Assembly (NCBI RefSeq): GCF_001194135.2
Contig: NC_068991.1
Location: 4,750,515-4,806,614 of the forward strand
Reading direction: 5' to 3'
From: Octopus bimaculoides
Lineage: Eukaryota
Length of the DNA: 56,100 nt
The notes under the pieces were generated by a model. That model did no database searches, was not told where the DNA came from, and was given only the letters and a program-made list of their open reading frames with translations. A program made the translations under genes and the position numbers. This document shows positions 28,029 to 42,118 of the stretch, one piece after another. The stretch's first letter is position 1. Each line of letters opens with the position of its first letter.

Positions 28029-28625
28029 TTACATGCATATATATATATATATATACGCACACACAGACACAGACACACACACGCAAGGGCTCACTCACAT
28101 GCAAGCAAGCACTTATAAGGTGCTCATACATAAATGCATCCATTTACGTGCCTGTATATTCCTACGTCTGTTTGAATGGCTACACATACATGCCGTTTTA
28201 TGTGAGTGTTCGCAATTCTCTGAGCTCGCATACACACACAGAGACAACACATCTAATACCAATACGCAGACCGTGAAGAATATACTAAATTTACGAAGTT
28301 TATTGAATTAAATATCAGATTTCGTATCATCAGTAAAAAAACCTTTAGATCTTGAAAGCTATAACCCTTACTGTTTCCCCTGTTGAAATTACAGACCACA
28401 TAGTGAGCTAATTTCCACTTGGGTTTCCAATATTAAAATATATACACAACTTGTGTTTGGTCGTAAAAAGCGCCGCAAGAAAATATCTTCCTATGAATAC
28501 CTTTGCCGTTATAAAACTTGGCCTTTCTTGTTATTTTATTGAATTTATTTTTTGTCTTTACATCTATTTCTATTTCTTACACGACATTTTCATTTTATTC
28601 AGACACACATACACCCTTACCTCCA

Positions 28626-28672
<47 letters not shown>

Positions 28673-29719
28673 TCTATGAGTGTGTGTTTTGTGTGTATAT
28701 GTATGTGCTTGAGTGAGTTGGCGCACGTGCAAACATACCGTCGCTGTTATTATTTTAAAAGAAAAATTCAGCTCAAACAGAATGAAAAAAAAAACTTTTA
28801 CTGATAGGTCAATCAATACTAAAAATAGAGTAATATCTGTTAGGAAATTAGTTTGAAATGCGACGATTCCTTTCAAGTAACAACTTGTTGAATCAAAAAG
28901 CTATATTTTAAGAAAATCATGTTTAGTTACTAAATAACAATAGAGCAGAGATTTTTATGAAAGAAAATCAGAGAAATCAGAAAAGAAAATACTACGTGAT
29001 TTATTATTAACTTCGAGAGAAATTCTGATGAATAACATTGCAAGTTAGTGAATGGAATGTGAATTGGTACAACGAGGTACCATGGGTGATGTATTCGTTA
29101 AGGATGATCTGGTATATGATGGAAATACTTCTGTGCTGTTATTGAATTTATTGAGCAAATGAAGGAAATATTAACATAGATTAGAATTGATATTTTCGGT
29201 GTTTGCATTCTATATTTATGCTATTGTTTGCCATACTTCGTATGTATCTATATTATGCTGGTTATTTTTATGTGACAGTTAATATACAGGTGTGTGGGTG
29301 TCTTTCCGTATGCGTTTCCTGTTTAAATTCTGGTATGTGTTCGACTTGGTGTCTGTTTGTTCTTAAATGCTTTCAAATTATGTATTCATGAAAGAATGAT
29401 CAAATGTATATATTTAAATAAAGTTTTAATTCTGAAATACCTCACTAAAGTACATTCTTTTGATGCTAATTCTATTAATATATACGAGCTTCTAACTGTA
29501 TTTACTTATGTACTCTGTGTTTGGTGTCAATTCATACGTGTGCTGCACGTGTGTGTGTGTTTGTATTAGTATTGGTGTGCTTGTGTGTGCGTGTGTTTGT
29601 GTAACAGAGATAGAGGTAGGGAGAAAGAAAAAAATTTGCATTTTTATATATTTAGCTATTTCTGAGATATTAAAAACCTGATGAAACATTAAAATAGCAA
29701 TAGAGATACTCTCTCTGTC

Positions 29720-29812
<93 letters not shown>

Positions 29813-30667
29813 GTATATGTATATGTGTGTACATGTATGCATGTATAAACAAAGTCTAGGACGTATAAGCCTGTGTAAGTGCAAATCTGAAGTATATAGT
29901 GTCATATAGAATTATACACACACACATAAAGAGATACATACATACATACAAACACGCATACACACAAAATGCACACATTCATAAACACAGACGACAAACA
30001 TATACAAACATATGTATGCGCATATACTTCCAATCACAAGTCTGTATATTCAAATGGATTGAACTAAAGAAACAATCTACGTAAATGTCTTTTTTTTTAA
30101 AGAAATTTTCGATAAATATAAGCAATAAACGAAATAATTAACAGGCATCTTTAAACGTGAAAAAAAAACACTGGTAGAAGATATTACATATTATTATATC
30201 GTATACTGGAAAATATTATTGTGAGTTAATACAGAAAACATGATACGTTAGAATGTTATGCATAGGAAATATAGATTCAAAATTTAAATACGTTTGCACA
30301 CACATACTTATATGTAAATCTATGTATGTATATATATACCACTCCTAAAGACATAGTTAAATACTTATATGTTTTATTATGAAAACAAGACAAGAGTGTA
30401 CAGTTATGCAGAAACATCAGTATACACGAGAGGAATTCATGTGAATTTAGAATTACAAATTTTAATATATTCACTCAGATATACAACTGAACTACATTGT
30501 ATGAATCTATGCAAGTGTGTATGCATGTATGTATGTATTATGTATGTAAGCATGTATTATGTATGTATGTATGTATGCATATATGTATGTATGTACGCAT
30601 GTGTGTTTGTCTTGACGTGTGTATATATATTAACTCGTGCAGCAGCACATACGCATCCGTGTACATT

Positions 30668-30716
<49 letters not shown>

Positions 30717-32739
30717 TCAGAAGTACTATAGAAATATATATGTGCAGTTCTAGAGGGATTCGCGCCTGATTTAAATTTTTCCTGATGAACTGATGAGTGT
30801 ATATCGCTTGTAATATATAACAATACACAAAAGAATATGATGTTTCTTAATGAAGTACAAGTTACATACACTGGACGCAGTTCTGTTTACTGTAAATGTG
30901 TAATTAGAAGGACGTCGGTATTTATTAATTGCAAGAATTACTTTGGAAAGTTTTATTCGTGTTTCTAAACTCTTTGTAGACACGTGGTCATTATTTCAGT
31001 ATGTTTTGAAAATATATTTTGGTAAGAGAAAAAATTTCTGCATATTTCAGAAGTGAAAATTCAACCGATTTTTTTTTCTTTTGTGCCTTTTCTCGTATAC
31101 ACACAATACAGTATATAAGGATATTTTCATTAGTGACGGTGAATAATGTTAGTATTTCGATAAATGTAGTGATTTATGTTCTTGAGGAAGGAACTTTATT
31201 TCACGTTGACAGCAGCAACGGAGACTACATACCGAATTTTAATGGTAGAATAAGATGTGCTTCAAGAGGAAACAACTATGATTTACCCTACCTACCTACA
31301 CAATATAAATATGATTGGGTGTGTGTTTGTGTGTATGTGTGTGTGTGTGTTTACATACAGCTACTATTAGTTTCATACTATGGAAATACAAGAATTCAGC
31401 AGATTTCCATACATATATATATATATATATACGTATCGTGTCTTGTGTCTCCAAGCATCCTTCAAATACACAACATGGCTGGTTTTGAAAAAAAAAATGG
31501 AAGGACAGATGAATAAGGGTTAATACCACGTCATGCGTGCAAAGTAAACTTTGTTGAAGATCAAAGGGAAAATAACGCATGATGTGTGCCCACAATACAC
31601 AATTTAGACCCCACTCCAACAAAAGATTCAGTCTTGTGCCTACACCAAAAAGAATTATTTATGTAGCGTCTACTAACATTTAATATTGACGGGTGTTTGT
31701 AACTGAGATAATTTTAAAACCAAAAATTGGTATCGCAGTAGTGAAGGCAGTCGCAGACGTTTTGGAAATGTGGGTGAATGCAGAATGTGGGTGACTTTCA
31801 ACAAGGCGATCCTATCTTTAGTAATCTCCCTACAGCTTTATCCACTGGATTAACAATGTCATATAAGTTTAGCGGTAATCCTCATACAGAAGCGCCATCA
31901 ATGAATGATATAAGAAAAAGAAATATATAAATTAATAGCCTGTAACTGTTCTATAGATATCCGAACAAACACAAAAAGTAGCGTCGTTTATTAGGAACAC
32001 ATAGAAATGTATTTAGACTTGAACCGCTTAATTCTGTGGAATAACGAGAGAAAGAAAGCAAGACTTAACGAGATAACGGAGAAAATGACTTATTTAAATG
32101 CGATACAGAAAAACTTTAATGGCGATTTTTCGTTTCCCAAGTCGATGAAAACTATCTTTATGATCTGTATAAAATTAGTAAACATGATTAACACGTTGAA
32201 ATTATGCTCCTCGTATATGTGTTTTTGTAAGTGGGTGTTCGTTGTTATGTGTGCGCATGAGTGACTGGTAATATATAAATTTTGCTACGCAGGATCATTA
32301 TGTTTGAAGTATACAGGAAAACGCATACGCATATATATGCTTGTGTGTGTATCTATATATATATGAAGCAGATACGAGTGTGCGTATGTGTGTATGTGTA
32401 TGCAAAATCATTCTCTTTACAAACACAAGAATTGGTATGTATCTAATACATGAGTTAAACAGAATTAACAACAACGCCGAGCAAACTTATATCTTTCTAC
32501 ATGGTTAATGCGATATTTCGAAAACACCAAGGATATAATCATCAAACACAGCCTTATAGACATGGTACATACTTGGTCAAAACGAGACTTCCAAATAATG
32601 AGAAGATTTACCCATAGTTTTAGATTTAAAATTTAAATTATTTCAAACAATGTTTCCGATGGTAGAATTCAAAACCATGGGGTAAAATGCTGATATATGA
32701 AGACACGCATTAGATACAGAAAGAGGTGAATCGCCAGCG

Positions 32740-32802
32740 AGATGGAGAAATGCCCCTAAGCAATTTGTTCGACGGGATAACAACTTTGCCAGCTCGTCGC
32801 CA
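32740..32802 (-). mobile_element. SINE family A head remnant
   Basis: gaaatg.ccctaagcaattt..tcgacgggataac.actttgccagctcgtcgcc resembles the antisense head gctaagcatttcgcccggcgtgctaacgtttctgccagctcgccgcc. Confidence 0.6.
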
Positions 32803-33845
32803 TATTTTATTTCTATCTTTTCAAGAGGGTTCCCGGGAAAGCTGAGGGAGAAAAGATCAGTATGTGAATGTATAAGTGGCGAAATAGGGAGAGCTAAAAA
32901 CCAGATTGAAGGCACTAGGAATGATAAGGAAGGGAGAAGCAGGAGTAATAAAGGAAAGAGAAAGAGAAGAAAATTAGCAAGATGAAAACAAAGAAGAAAA
33001 TACACATCTGTGTGCGAGCATGCAATTGTGTGTGTATGTAAAGCAATTATCAAATTTTACGCCGTCATCATCCAGAGATTCTTGATAAAATGCTGTACGA
33101 TTAGGGATTTTTTAATTTTATAACCATTTATATTTCATATAGTTGATCAGCATGATGTTTATGATTTATTATTGTTGTAATATTTAACGGATTACTTTGT
33201 AAAAGTTAACATTTAAAATAATCTTAAATAGCGGCAGAGCATTGTGGACGAAGCAGAAGAGTGTTAAGTACTATGAATTAAAAGTTGCAGATTAAAATAC
33301 GCGTAAATACAACACAAGAAATGGCCTGAATTAGAAAGCATTTAGTTATGCGGCTCTAGAAGGATACTGAACAAGAGATTATCAAGAAAGCTCTGGAAAA
33401 CATTACTTAAATATAATTAAGCTTATAGGGATATACTTTGCAAAATCATCGAGTTCTTTCCCGATTACGAGAAGTCTGTTTCGCCAGAGTTTGCAGTTCT
33501 ACAGCGAAATAACTTTCAACAAAACTTACTTAATACAGACTCAATGGTATAACGTGTGGGATAGGGAGTATTCTAGGTATTTGCAAGTTATTTAAAAGAT
33601 TTCCAAACATAATCAACCGGGTGTAGTGGTTGTTTCGCAGAATCTCTACCGCTTGAACGCCGAAGGTACGGCAAAATTTTCATCAACACCAAATACGATG
33701 TAAAGCCCTTCTCGTTATCTTCTATGCCACTTTACTTATTCCTCACTGTTAACGTTACGACACATCATCTCTCATTACCCAAATTCTCACAAAAGGCCTC
33801 AGAACTTACACGTCACCTCCACCAGAATTTTCTATATATTGTAGC

Positions 33846-34137
33846 CAGTGGCGGACTGGCCAGGTTGCCAACTAATCCAATGGCATGTGGATCTCTGCAC
33901 CATTAGAATCCAGATATGGTGGGCCCGTGTTATTGCCTAAGGGGACCATCCCACCAAGTTTGAGAATATTTTATTCACTTTGGAAGAATTCTTTAATTAT
34001 ATCTGCCTGGCTGTGTTTGTAGACAGTTGAAAAGAATACTTTTAACAAAAATAAAAGATTAAATAATACAATCTGAGTTGCGGGTGGACCTCCTTAGTCT
34101 CCTAGCAACCAATAATGTTAGACCCAGCCCGCCATTG
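33846..34137. mobile_element. Non-autonomous hAT-type MITE (292 bp)
   Basis: 14-bp TIRs cagtggcggactgg / ccagcccgccattg (2 mismatches) and flanking 8-mers attgtagc / attgtatc (7 of 8 identical). An 8-bp TSD with CAG-start TIRs is typical of hAT. Confidence 0.8.
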
Positions 34138-34436
34138 ATTGTATCCAGTTATATTTCAGGCAGTTTCTTTTTCAATGCTATGACACTATCCTCAATATTT
34201 CAAATCATGACATTTATATTGTAATTTTTAAATTTTAGAACACAAGCATCAATTAGACTTGCAGTGTGGAAATGTATAAAAGCTATATTAAAAGCAATAT
34301 AAAATGGATAATTCGTTTATGATGAAATCCTTATTCGAACGAAAGAAGTGGCAAGATAAACGCTAAGCAATGACGGTGAGAAATTTCCGATTTCATTGGT
34401 GGTACATGCATATATTTACTTTACATGTGTATACAG

Positions 34437-34555
34437 ATGTATGTATGCATGTATGTATGTATATATTTATGTATGTATGCATGTATGTATGTATATATTT
34501 ATGTATGTATGCATGTATGTATGTATATATTCATGTATGTATGTATGTATGAATG
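34437..34555. repeat. 32-bp higher-order repeat within a (TATG)n tract (about 3 units)
   Basis: The gcat interruptions recur at 34447, 34479 and 34511, a period of 32. Confidence 0.85.
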
Positions 34556-34958
34556 TATGGATCTGTGTGAGTCATGTGTGTATGTGAATATTGGGCTGAT
34601 AAACACTTTTCACTGGAATACACACACACACACACACGCACACGCACACACATATATATATATACACACGCGATATATACATTAGTTGATAGATGACACG
34701 CACAAATATATATTCATATTGACATATATTATTGTATATATATATATGTATACATGTGTGTGTGTGTGTGTGTATGTATAGATACACTCACACATACACA
34801 CACACTCACAGGCATACACACAGGCACATATATATATATATACATACATACATATATATATCTAGCAGCTGAAGGAGTAGGTGTAGGGGTGGCAGTGGTA
34901 TAATGATCACGAGGAATATGTGAAGTTTGATGAGAATCATGCTTCAGGGATGGGAAAA

Positions 34959-35092
34959 GCAGCAGTAGCTGTAGTAGTGGCAGCAGCAGTGGCAGCAGCA
35001 GCGGCAGCAACAGTAGTAGTAGTAGTAGTAGTAGTGGCAGCAGCTGCAGTAGTAGTAGTAGTAGTAGTTGTAGTAGTAGTGGCAGCAGCTGC

Positions 35093-35136
<44 letters not shown>

Positions 35137-35146
35137 CAGTAGTTGC

Positions 35147-35195
<49 letters not shown>

Positions 35196-35952
35196 NNNNN
35201 NNNNNNNNNNNNNNNNNNNNNNNNNNNNNNNNNNNNNNNNNNNNNNNNNNNNNNNNNNNNNNNNNNNNNNNNNNNNNNNNNNNNNNNNNNNNNNNNNNNN
35301 NNNNNNNNNNNNNNNNNNNNNNNNNNNNNNNNNNNNNNNNNNNNNNNNNNNNNNNNNNNNNNNNNNNNNNNNNNNNNNNNNNNNNNNNNNNNNNNNNNNN
35401 NNNNNNNNNNNNNNNNNNNNNNNNNNNNNNNNNNNNNNNNNNNNNNNNNNNNNNNNNNNNNNNNNNNNNNNNNNNNNNNNNNNNNNNNNNNNNNNNNNNN
35501 NNNNNNNNNNNNNNNNNNNNNNNNNNNNNNNNNNNNNNNNNNNNNNNNNNNNNNNNNNNNNNNNNNNNNNNNNNNNNNNNNNNNNNNNNNNNNNNNNNNN
35601 NNNNNNNNNNNNNNNNNNNNNNNNNNNNNNNNNNNNNNNNNNNNNNNNNNNNNNNNNNNNNNNNNNNNNNNNNNNNNNNNNNNNNNNNNNNNNNNNNNNN
35701 NNNNNNNNNNNNNNNNNNNNNNNNNNNNNNNNNNNNNNNNNNNNNNNNNNNNNNNNNNNNNNNNNNNNNNNNNNNNNNNNNNNNNNNNNNNNNNNNNNNN
35801 NNNNNNNNNNNNNNNNNNNNNNNNNNNNNNNNNNNNNNNNNNNNNNNNNNNNNNNNNNNNNNNNNNNNNNNNNNNNNNNNNNNNNNNNNNNNNNNNNNNN
35901 NNNNNNNNNNNNNAGTAGTAGTAGTAGTAGTGGCAGCAGCTGCAGTAGCTGC

Positions 35953-35985
<33 letters not shown>

Positions 35986-36132
35986 CGTAGTGGCAGTAGC
36001 TGCAGTAGTAATTGTAGTAGTAGTACTAGTAGTAGTAGTGGTAGTGGTATTGGTAGCAGTAGTATCAGCAGCAGTAATAGTAGTAGTAGCAGCAGCACCT
36101 GCAATGGTAGTGATAGCAGTAGTAGTAATAGT

Positions 36133-36214
<82 letters not shown>
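34959..36214. repeat. Compound (GTA)n/(GCA)n trinucleotide array spanning an assembly gap
   Basis: Read directly. A recurring gtggcagcagctgcagtagtag module occurs on both sides of the 35195-35913 gap. Confidence 0.9.
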
Positions 36215-36807
36215 AGACGAGAAACGATGACTGACACAAAATATGTAAGAACAATAGTGATTGGAAGGGTTGGAGGTTTTTCCATAAAGAAAGCGAAATC
36301 GTGCTCAAGTCATAGACGAGATTTATATTTTGTTTTTTATCTTTGTTTGGCATATTATTTGAGTGTTTTTTTTTTCTATTTCTTTTCGTACAATTTCGAA
36401 TATATACGGGAATGAAAGACTTAGACTTACAAACGAAAGAGTGAGAAAATAATAGTTTACTATACAACGCTTTCTGCTATGCCGTTATTGGCATATGTAG
36501 GAGAAATTTATATATGAGCAAATATTGTAGACTTATTTCAAGTGGAATAAATGCCGTCTCAGACGCTTTCAATATTATAGTATTATATTTTTGATGTTAT
36601 ATTGGAATTTGTGAATAATAGAGTCGTCGATGTACTGGCTTGGTTTCCATGAAACCGATCACTGGTTGACAGCGTTTCTGACAAGAGGCCGTCAGAAACG
36701 CGACTTATTTCAATTGAAGAGCACCAGATATTTGACAACGGTAACATCCGTAATTGTTATATGTATCAGCAAAATATACAAGTATACATGTGTACATGTT
36801 AGTGTAT

Positions 36808-36840
<33 letters not shown>

Positions 36841-37465
36841 NNNNNNNNNNNNNNNNNNNNNNNNNNNNNNNNNNNNNNNNNNNNNNNNNNNNNNNNNNNN
36901 NNNNNNNNNNNNNNNNNNNNNNNNNNNNNNNNNNNNNNNNNNNNNNNNNNNNNNNNNNNNNNNNNNNNNNNNNNNNNNNNNNNNNNNNNNNNNNNNNNNN
37001 NNNNNNNNNNNNNNNNNNNNNNNNNNNNNNNNNNNNNNNNNNNNNNNNNNNNNNNNNNNNNNNNNNNNNNNNNNNNNNNNNNNNNNNNNNNNNNNNNNNN
37101 NNNNNNNNNNNNNNNNNNNNNNNNNNNNNNNNNNNNNNNNNNNNNNNNNNNNNNNNNNNNNNNNNNNNNNNNNNNNNNNNNNNNNNNNNNNNNNNNNNNN
37201 NNNNNNNNNNNNNNNNNNNNNNNNNNNNNNNNNNNNNNNNNNNNNNNNNNNNNNNNNNNNNNNNNNNNNNNNNNNNNNNNNNNNNNNNNNNNNNNNNNNN
37301 NNNNNNNNNNNNNNNNNNNNNNNNNNNNNNNNNNNNNNNNNNNNNNNNNNNNNNNNNNNNNNNNNNNNNNNNNNNNNNNNNNNNNNNNNNNNNNTATATA
37401 TATATATATATATATATGTTTATCTATGTTTATCTATGTATATATATATATATAGATAGATAGAT

Positions 37466-37609
37466 ATGAAGTAGTTGTATGGTGTCAACTTAATGTGACA
37501 GTCCCGTGAAGGGAATAATACTACTGTTGGTTAGACCTAATACTACCAACAGTAGTATTATTCCCTTCAGGGGACTGTCACATTAAGTTGACACCATACA
37601 ACTACTTCA
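37466..37609. repeat. Inverted repeat: about 66-bp arms, 13-bp spacer
   Basis: 37466-37531 is the reverse complement of 37545-37609 apart from one extra G at 37506. Confidence 0.95.
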
Positions 37610-37768
37610 TCCTATCACTACTGCATAAATCTCTCTGAGAGATTTAGAAATGTATTATTTCTAAATATATAGATATACATAAATAAAGCTATATATACGT
37701 CTATACACGCATACGTACACACATACATATATATATATATATGCACACGTATACATATATATGCACGC

Positions 37769-37884
<116 letters not shown>

Positions 37885-39932
37885 ATGCTTCTGGATGGGT
37901 GCGATGGATGTGTGCGTGTGTGTATGGTCTACAAGGTGCGTATGTGTGTGTATGGTGTAGAAAGATGTACAAGTTTATGATCACCTAATCACCAGGCCTC
38001 TGACTTCTCGAACCTACTATTTATTTAATTACGACAGCTCAAGTATTTATTCCTTATAATATCCAATTAACTGCTTTAATTAAGCTATTTAATGAGACCC
38101 GAATACTTCTATATATCATCGGTTACAGATAGTGTTTCATATCATCGACTGATGTAAGATCTTACGTACACATAATTAGCCATCGCCTGTAAATGAGAGA
38201 GTACGTCTATACCATGATACGATGTTGCACGCTTATGCACCCTCATGTGTGCATGTATGTGTATACATATATATATATATATATATCTGTGGTGTATGTG
38301 TGTATACATACATACATATANNNNNNNNNNNNNNNNNNNNNNNNNNNNNNNNNNNNNNNNNNNNNNNNNNNNNNNNNNNNNNNNNNNNNNNNNNNNNNNN
38401 NNNNNNNNNNNNNNNNNNNNNNNNNNNNNNNNNNNNNNNNNNNNNNNNNNNNNNNNNNNNNNNNNNNNNNNNNNNNNNNNNNNNNNNNNNNNNNNNNNNN
38501 NNNNNNNNNNNNNNNNNNNNNNNNNNNNNNNNNNNNNNNNNNNNNNNNNNNNNNNNNNNNNNNNNNNNNNNNNNNNNNNNNNNNNNNNNNNNNNNNNNNN
38601 NNNNNNNNNNNNNNNNNNNNNNNNNNNNNNNNNNNNNNNNNNNNNNNNNNNNNNNNNNNNNNNNNNNNNNNNNNNNNNNNNNNNNNNNNNNNNNNNNNNN
38701 NNNNNNNNNNNNNNNNNATATATTAGTAAAAAGAAAGGGATTACCCCAAAACGTTTACCAGTTTGCTCTCAGCCATTCAAAATACTTTATTCAACAGTTA
38801 TATGTGTGTATGTGTGTGTCTATATATATATATACATACATACATATACGAACATGCGCGTATGTATCTGTATATACTTATGTATATATGTACATGCATA
38901 CACACACATACACACACCGAAGGTGAAAGAGTGTTTATGAATAAGTGAACTTGGAAACAATAATTCAAAACAAGTTCTACCTTCAAACATATATAATATA
39001 ATACAACCTCTTAATTATATTTTAGTTACTCCGAGTTGCACACCTTGATTAGATGTAATTAATGTTTTTATCTTTCCTTGATTTTTCGTTTGATGCTGTA
39101 ATTGGAAGCCCTCGTATGCTGTTGATTAAAAAGTGCAGTTACACCTGATAATTAAATTGCCTTTCCCTTTAAACCCGATATGAAACGTCCTGGAAAGCTA
39201 TATCTTTGCAAGAATTAAAATAGAGAATTTCGATGTTTACACAGATGGAAAATACTGGCATTTCGATAAGCACTTATTGAGTAACGTTGTAATAACACGA
39301 TATGGAAACACCGTCAACATTTATTTTCGACTTTATGGAATACATCCAACTTTGAATTTTGCTTATTTCTCGTAAACATACAAATTATCATGCATATACC
39401 GTCAGCGTATATCAATGTACGTGTGTATATGTTTGTATGGTTGTGTGTGCGTGTGAGTTTCTTAGTTAACATTATTGTTTCAAAATATCTCACTTTTCAC
39501 GCCTTTTAATGATAACCTTTATTATTTTATCTCATTCCAGCGACGTACACGATACATCTTTTGCATTGTCCATATTCTGCTTCAGAGGTACGGGTATTTT
39601 ACGTATTGATTTAAGCAATATACAAGATTATTTTATGATCACGATATCAATTCGGACATTCAGTAAACATGCTTTATCTATCTTGAGTTTGTACGAACAT
39701 CCTGGGTCTTCCCACATGTATTTTACTGCATGCCTCTTAATTATTAACATGATGAGTATTCGGATATTGTATTCCATACTATAAAATATATATATATAAA
39801 AGACTATAGCAAGCAAGCCTCGAACATGACAAATGCCTTATCAATAGAAACTAAACAGGCTGAAAATATATAAAGGAATAATGTATATCTGCCTGTAAGC
39901 ATAGGGTTCATATCTCTTATTTCTTTTTCCAG

Positions 39933-40123
39933 TGCCCACATTCTTGTAACATTCGCCGCATATTCCGCAGTTATTTCACATACTCTGCTTCATACAAGCT
40001 TTCGCTATTGCTGGTGGAAAGACTTTTTACCTTGTGTAATAGTCAAGTTTCTTTCTGCCAGCGCTGCGCTGAGATATCTTAAAGTCTTTTTTCGCATTAT
40101 ACATTTCGTCAGGTATTGGCCAG
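39933..40123 (+). CDS. Candidate internal exon, hydrophobic unknown product (AHILVTFAAYSAVISHTLLHTSFRYCWWKDFLPCVIVKFLSASAALRYLKVFFRIIHFVRYWP)
   Basis: Strong acceptor (tctcttatttctttttccag), strong donor (ccag|gtaagg) and exactly one frame open between them (63 codons). No recognised homology. Confidence 0.3.
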
Positions 40124-41265
40124 GTAAGGGTTTTTTGTTTCTTCTTTCGCTTTAGTTTTTTTGTTCTTTTCTTTAGATCTTTTCTTTGTTTTTTCCTATT
40201 GTTTCTCACATCTCCTTAGTTGCTGTTTCAAGTCTGTTCGTATTTCTTAAATTCCTTGTAGAGAGAAGAAAGTATGTTTTTTTTTTTGCTCATTTGATTC
40301 GTGTATGGTAGAAATATATTGTACATTTTTTGTTTATCTTTACTAGATACAAGGTAAACATAGGTTGATGTGACATATTGCTGCTAGAAAGCTGAAACCA
40401 CAACATGAATTTGAAAAGAAAGAAAGCGAACTAAAAAAGCCAAGCTGAAAGTAGGAATACAGTATTCCATGCTAGAAAAAAAAAGAACTATGGCAGGAAA
40501 ACCACTCACGTGAAGAATTCCTCTGAAATACAATAAACAGGGACGAAATGGAGAAAGAAAAATCCCACGTTTGCTTACAAACGCCTGATTGTTGGACTAC
40601 TATACAGTGTGAAAACATTCCCAGTTAAATCGCCATACAAATGTAATAAAATAAATAAAAATGTTTTGTAACTACATGGGACGATAGGGTGGAGAGACCC
40701 ACATTGTTTCTTACTTACCCCAGTCTCAGACATCGAAAAATGTATCTAGATCTATAACACAGCGCTACAAACAAAAAAACTGTCAGAAAAAGGATGTATT
40801 TAAACTTAGATTTGAAACGCTATCTATAAATCAAAAAGCGACTTGTCTCCACCATTTGATTATACATCTTGATTGGGAGACTAAAACTCCTCCGATGGAT
40901 ACTGTTGTTATGAACCTCTATTAATTGAGACAAGTGGTCCTAAATCGAATCAACACTTTTCTCTATTCCTCAGTGCAATAAATGAATGAGAGTGATATAT
41001 GTAGTCGCAGTTGGAGAAGCATATCATAAGACTTCATCCAGCACAACATATCCACTGCTGTTCCGAAGGTCTGTATGCTGTCTGTATGCTGTCGAGAATG
41101 CATTTCACCCACCCAGAAAGAAAGCCAGAATAAAGACGTATTATGCGAGCTTCCAATCTTACAGATGCACCAATTTATGGCCTCGAATTAACACCAAAGC
41201 TATGATTCGAAAAGTTAATTTCTGCAGGATTTTATGTAAGTGTAGAATGACTGGCATATATACAT

Positions 41266-41296
<31 letters not shown>

Positions 41297-41904
41297 NNNN
41301 NNNNNNNNNNNNNNNNNNNNNNNNNNNNNNNNNNNNNNNNNNNNNNNNNNNNNNNNNNNNNNNNNNNNNNNNNNNNNNNNNNNNNNNNNNNNNNNNNNNN
41401 NNNNNNNNNNNNNNNNNNNNNNNNNNNNNNNNNNNNNNNNNNNNNNNNNNNNNNNNNNNNNNNNNNNNNNNNNNNNNNNNNNNNNNNNNNNNNNNNNNNN
41501 NNNNNNNNNNNNNNNNNNNNNNNNNNNNNNNNNNNNNNNNNNNNNNNNNNNNNNNNNNNNNNNNNNNNNNNNNNNNNNNNNNNNNNNNNNNNNNNNNNNN
41601 NNNNNNNNNNNNNNNNNNNNNNNNNNNNNNNNNNNNNNNNNNNNNNNNNNNNNNNNNNNNNNNNNNNNNNNNNNNNNNNNNNNNNATATATATATATATA
41701 CATATACATATATATAGTTGAAATTTACAGAAAAAATATTATAATGAAGATATAGAACGTAAACGGTTGTAAATAAGAGAAAAAGCAAGGTTATTGGGGT
41801 GATACTTGGCGCGGGTGATCTTCATCATTATGAACCTAATAATGACGCTTTTAATGATAATGTTTGGTATTACGTGTATTAAAGCAATAGTAATTATCAC
41901 CATG

Positions 41905-42118
41905 ACTATGATGGTTATGAGAATGATGATGTGATGATGACGGTGAGAATGATGTTGATGATGACGATGATGCTGGTGGTGGTGGTGGTGGTGATGGAGA
42001 TGATAGTGGTGGTGGTGATGATGATGAGGAGGAGGAGGCGGATGCTGATGATGATGATGATGAGGAAGAGGAGGACGACGAGGACGACGAGGCGGGTGAT
42101 GGTGACGATGATGATGTC
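41905..42118. repeat. Compound (GAT)/(GGT)/(GAG) trinucleotide tract
   Basis: Read directly. Confidence 0.9.

Noticed and set aside
30780-30800. ctgatgaactgatgag, a hammerhead CUGAUGA box
   Set aside because: There is no stem II or downstream GAAA at the required spacing.
31019-31516. 165-aa plus ORF (YVLEEGTLFHVDSSNGDYIPNFNGRIRC...)
   Set aside because: It is partly microsatellite, the splice signals are weak and I recognise no domain.
32643-33053. Minus ORF with an apparently strong acceptor (FPGNPLEKIEIKYGDELAKLLSRR...)
   Set aside because: Its core (32740-32802) is a decayed family A SINE head, and the upstream part is a purine-rich simple tract.
34729-36467. Long 332-518 aa ORFs (Thr/Ala mucin-like, poly-Val, poly-Leu)
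   Set aside because: They are produced by stop-free trinucleotide repeats and a gap of about 720 N; there is no non-repetitive coding signal.
40719-40764. 46-nt minus-strand mini-exon with good splice signals (LCYRSRYIFRCLRLG)
   Set aside because: It is too short to separate from chance and has no compatible neighbours or homology.
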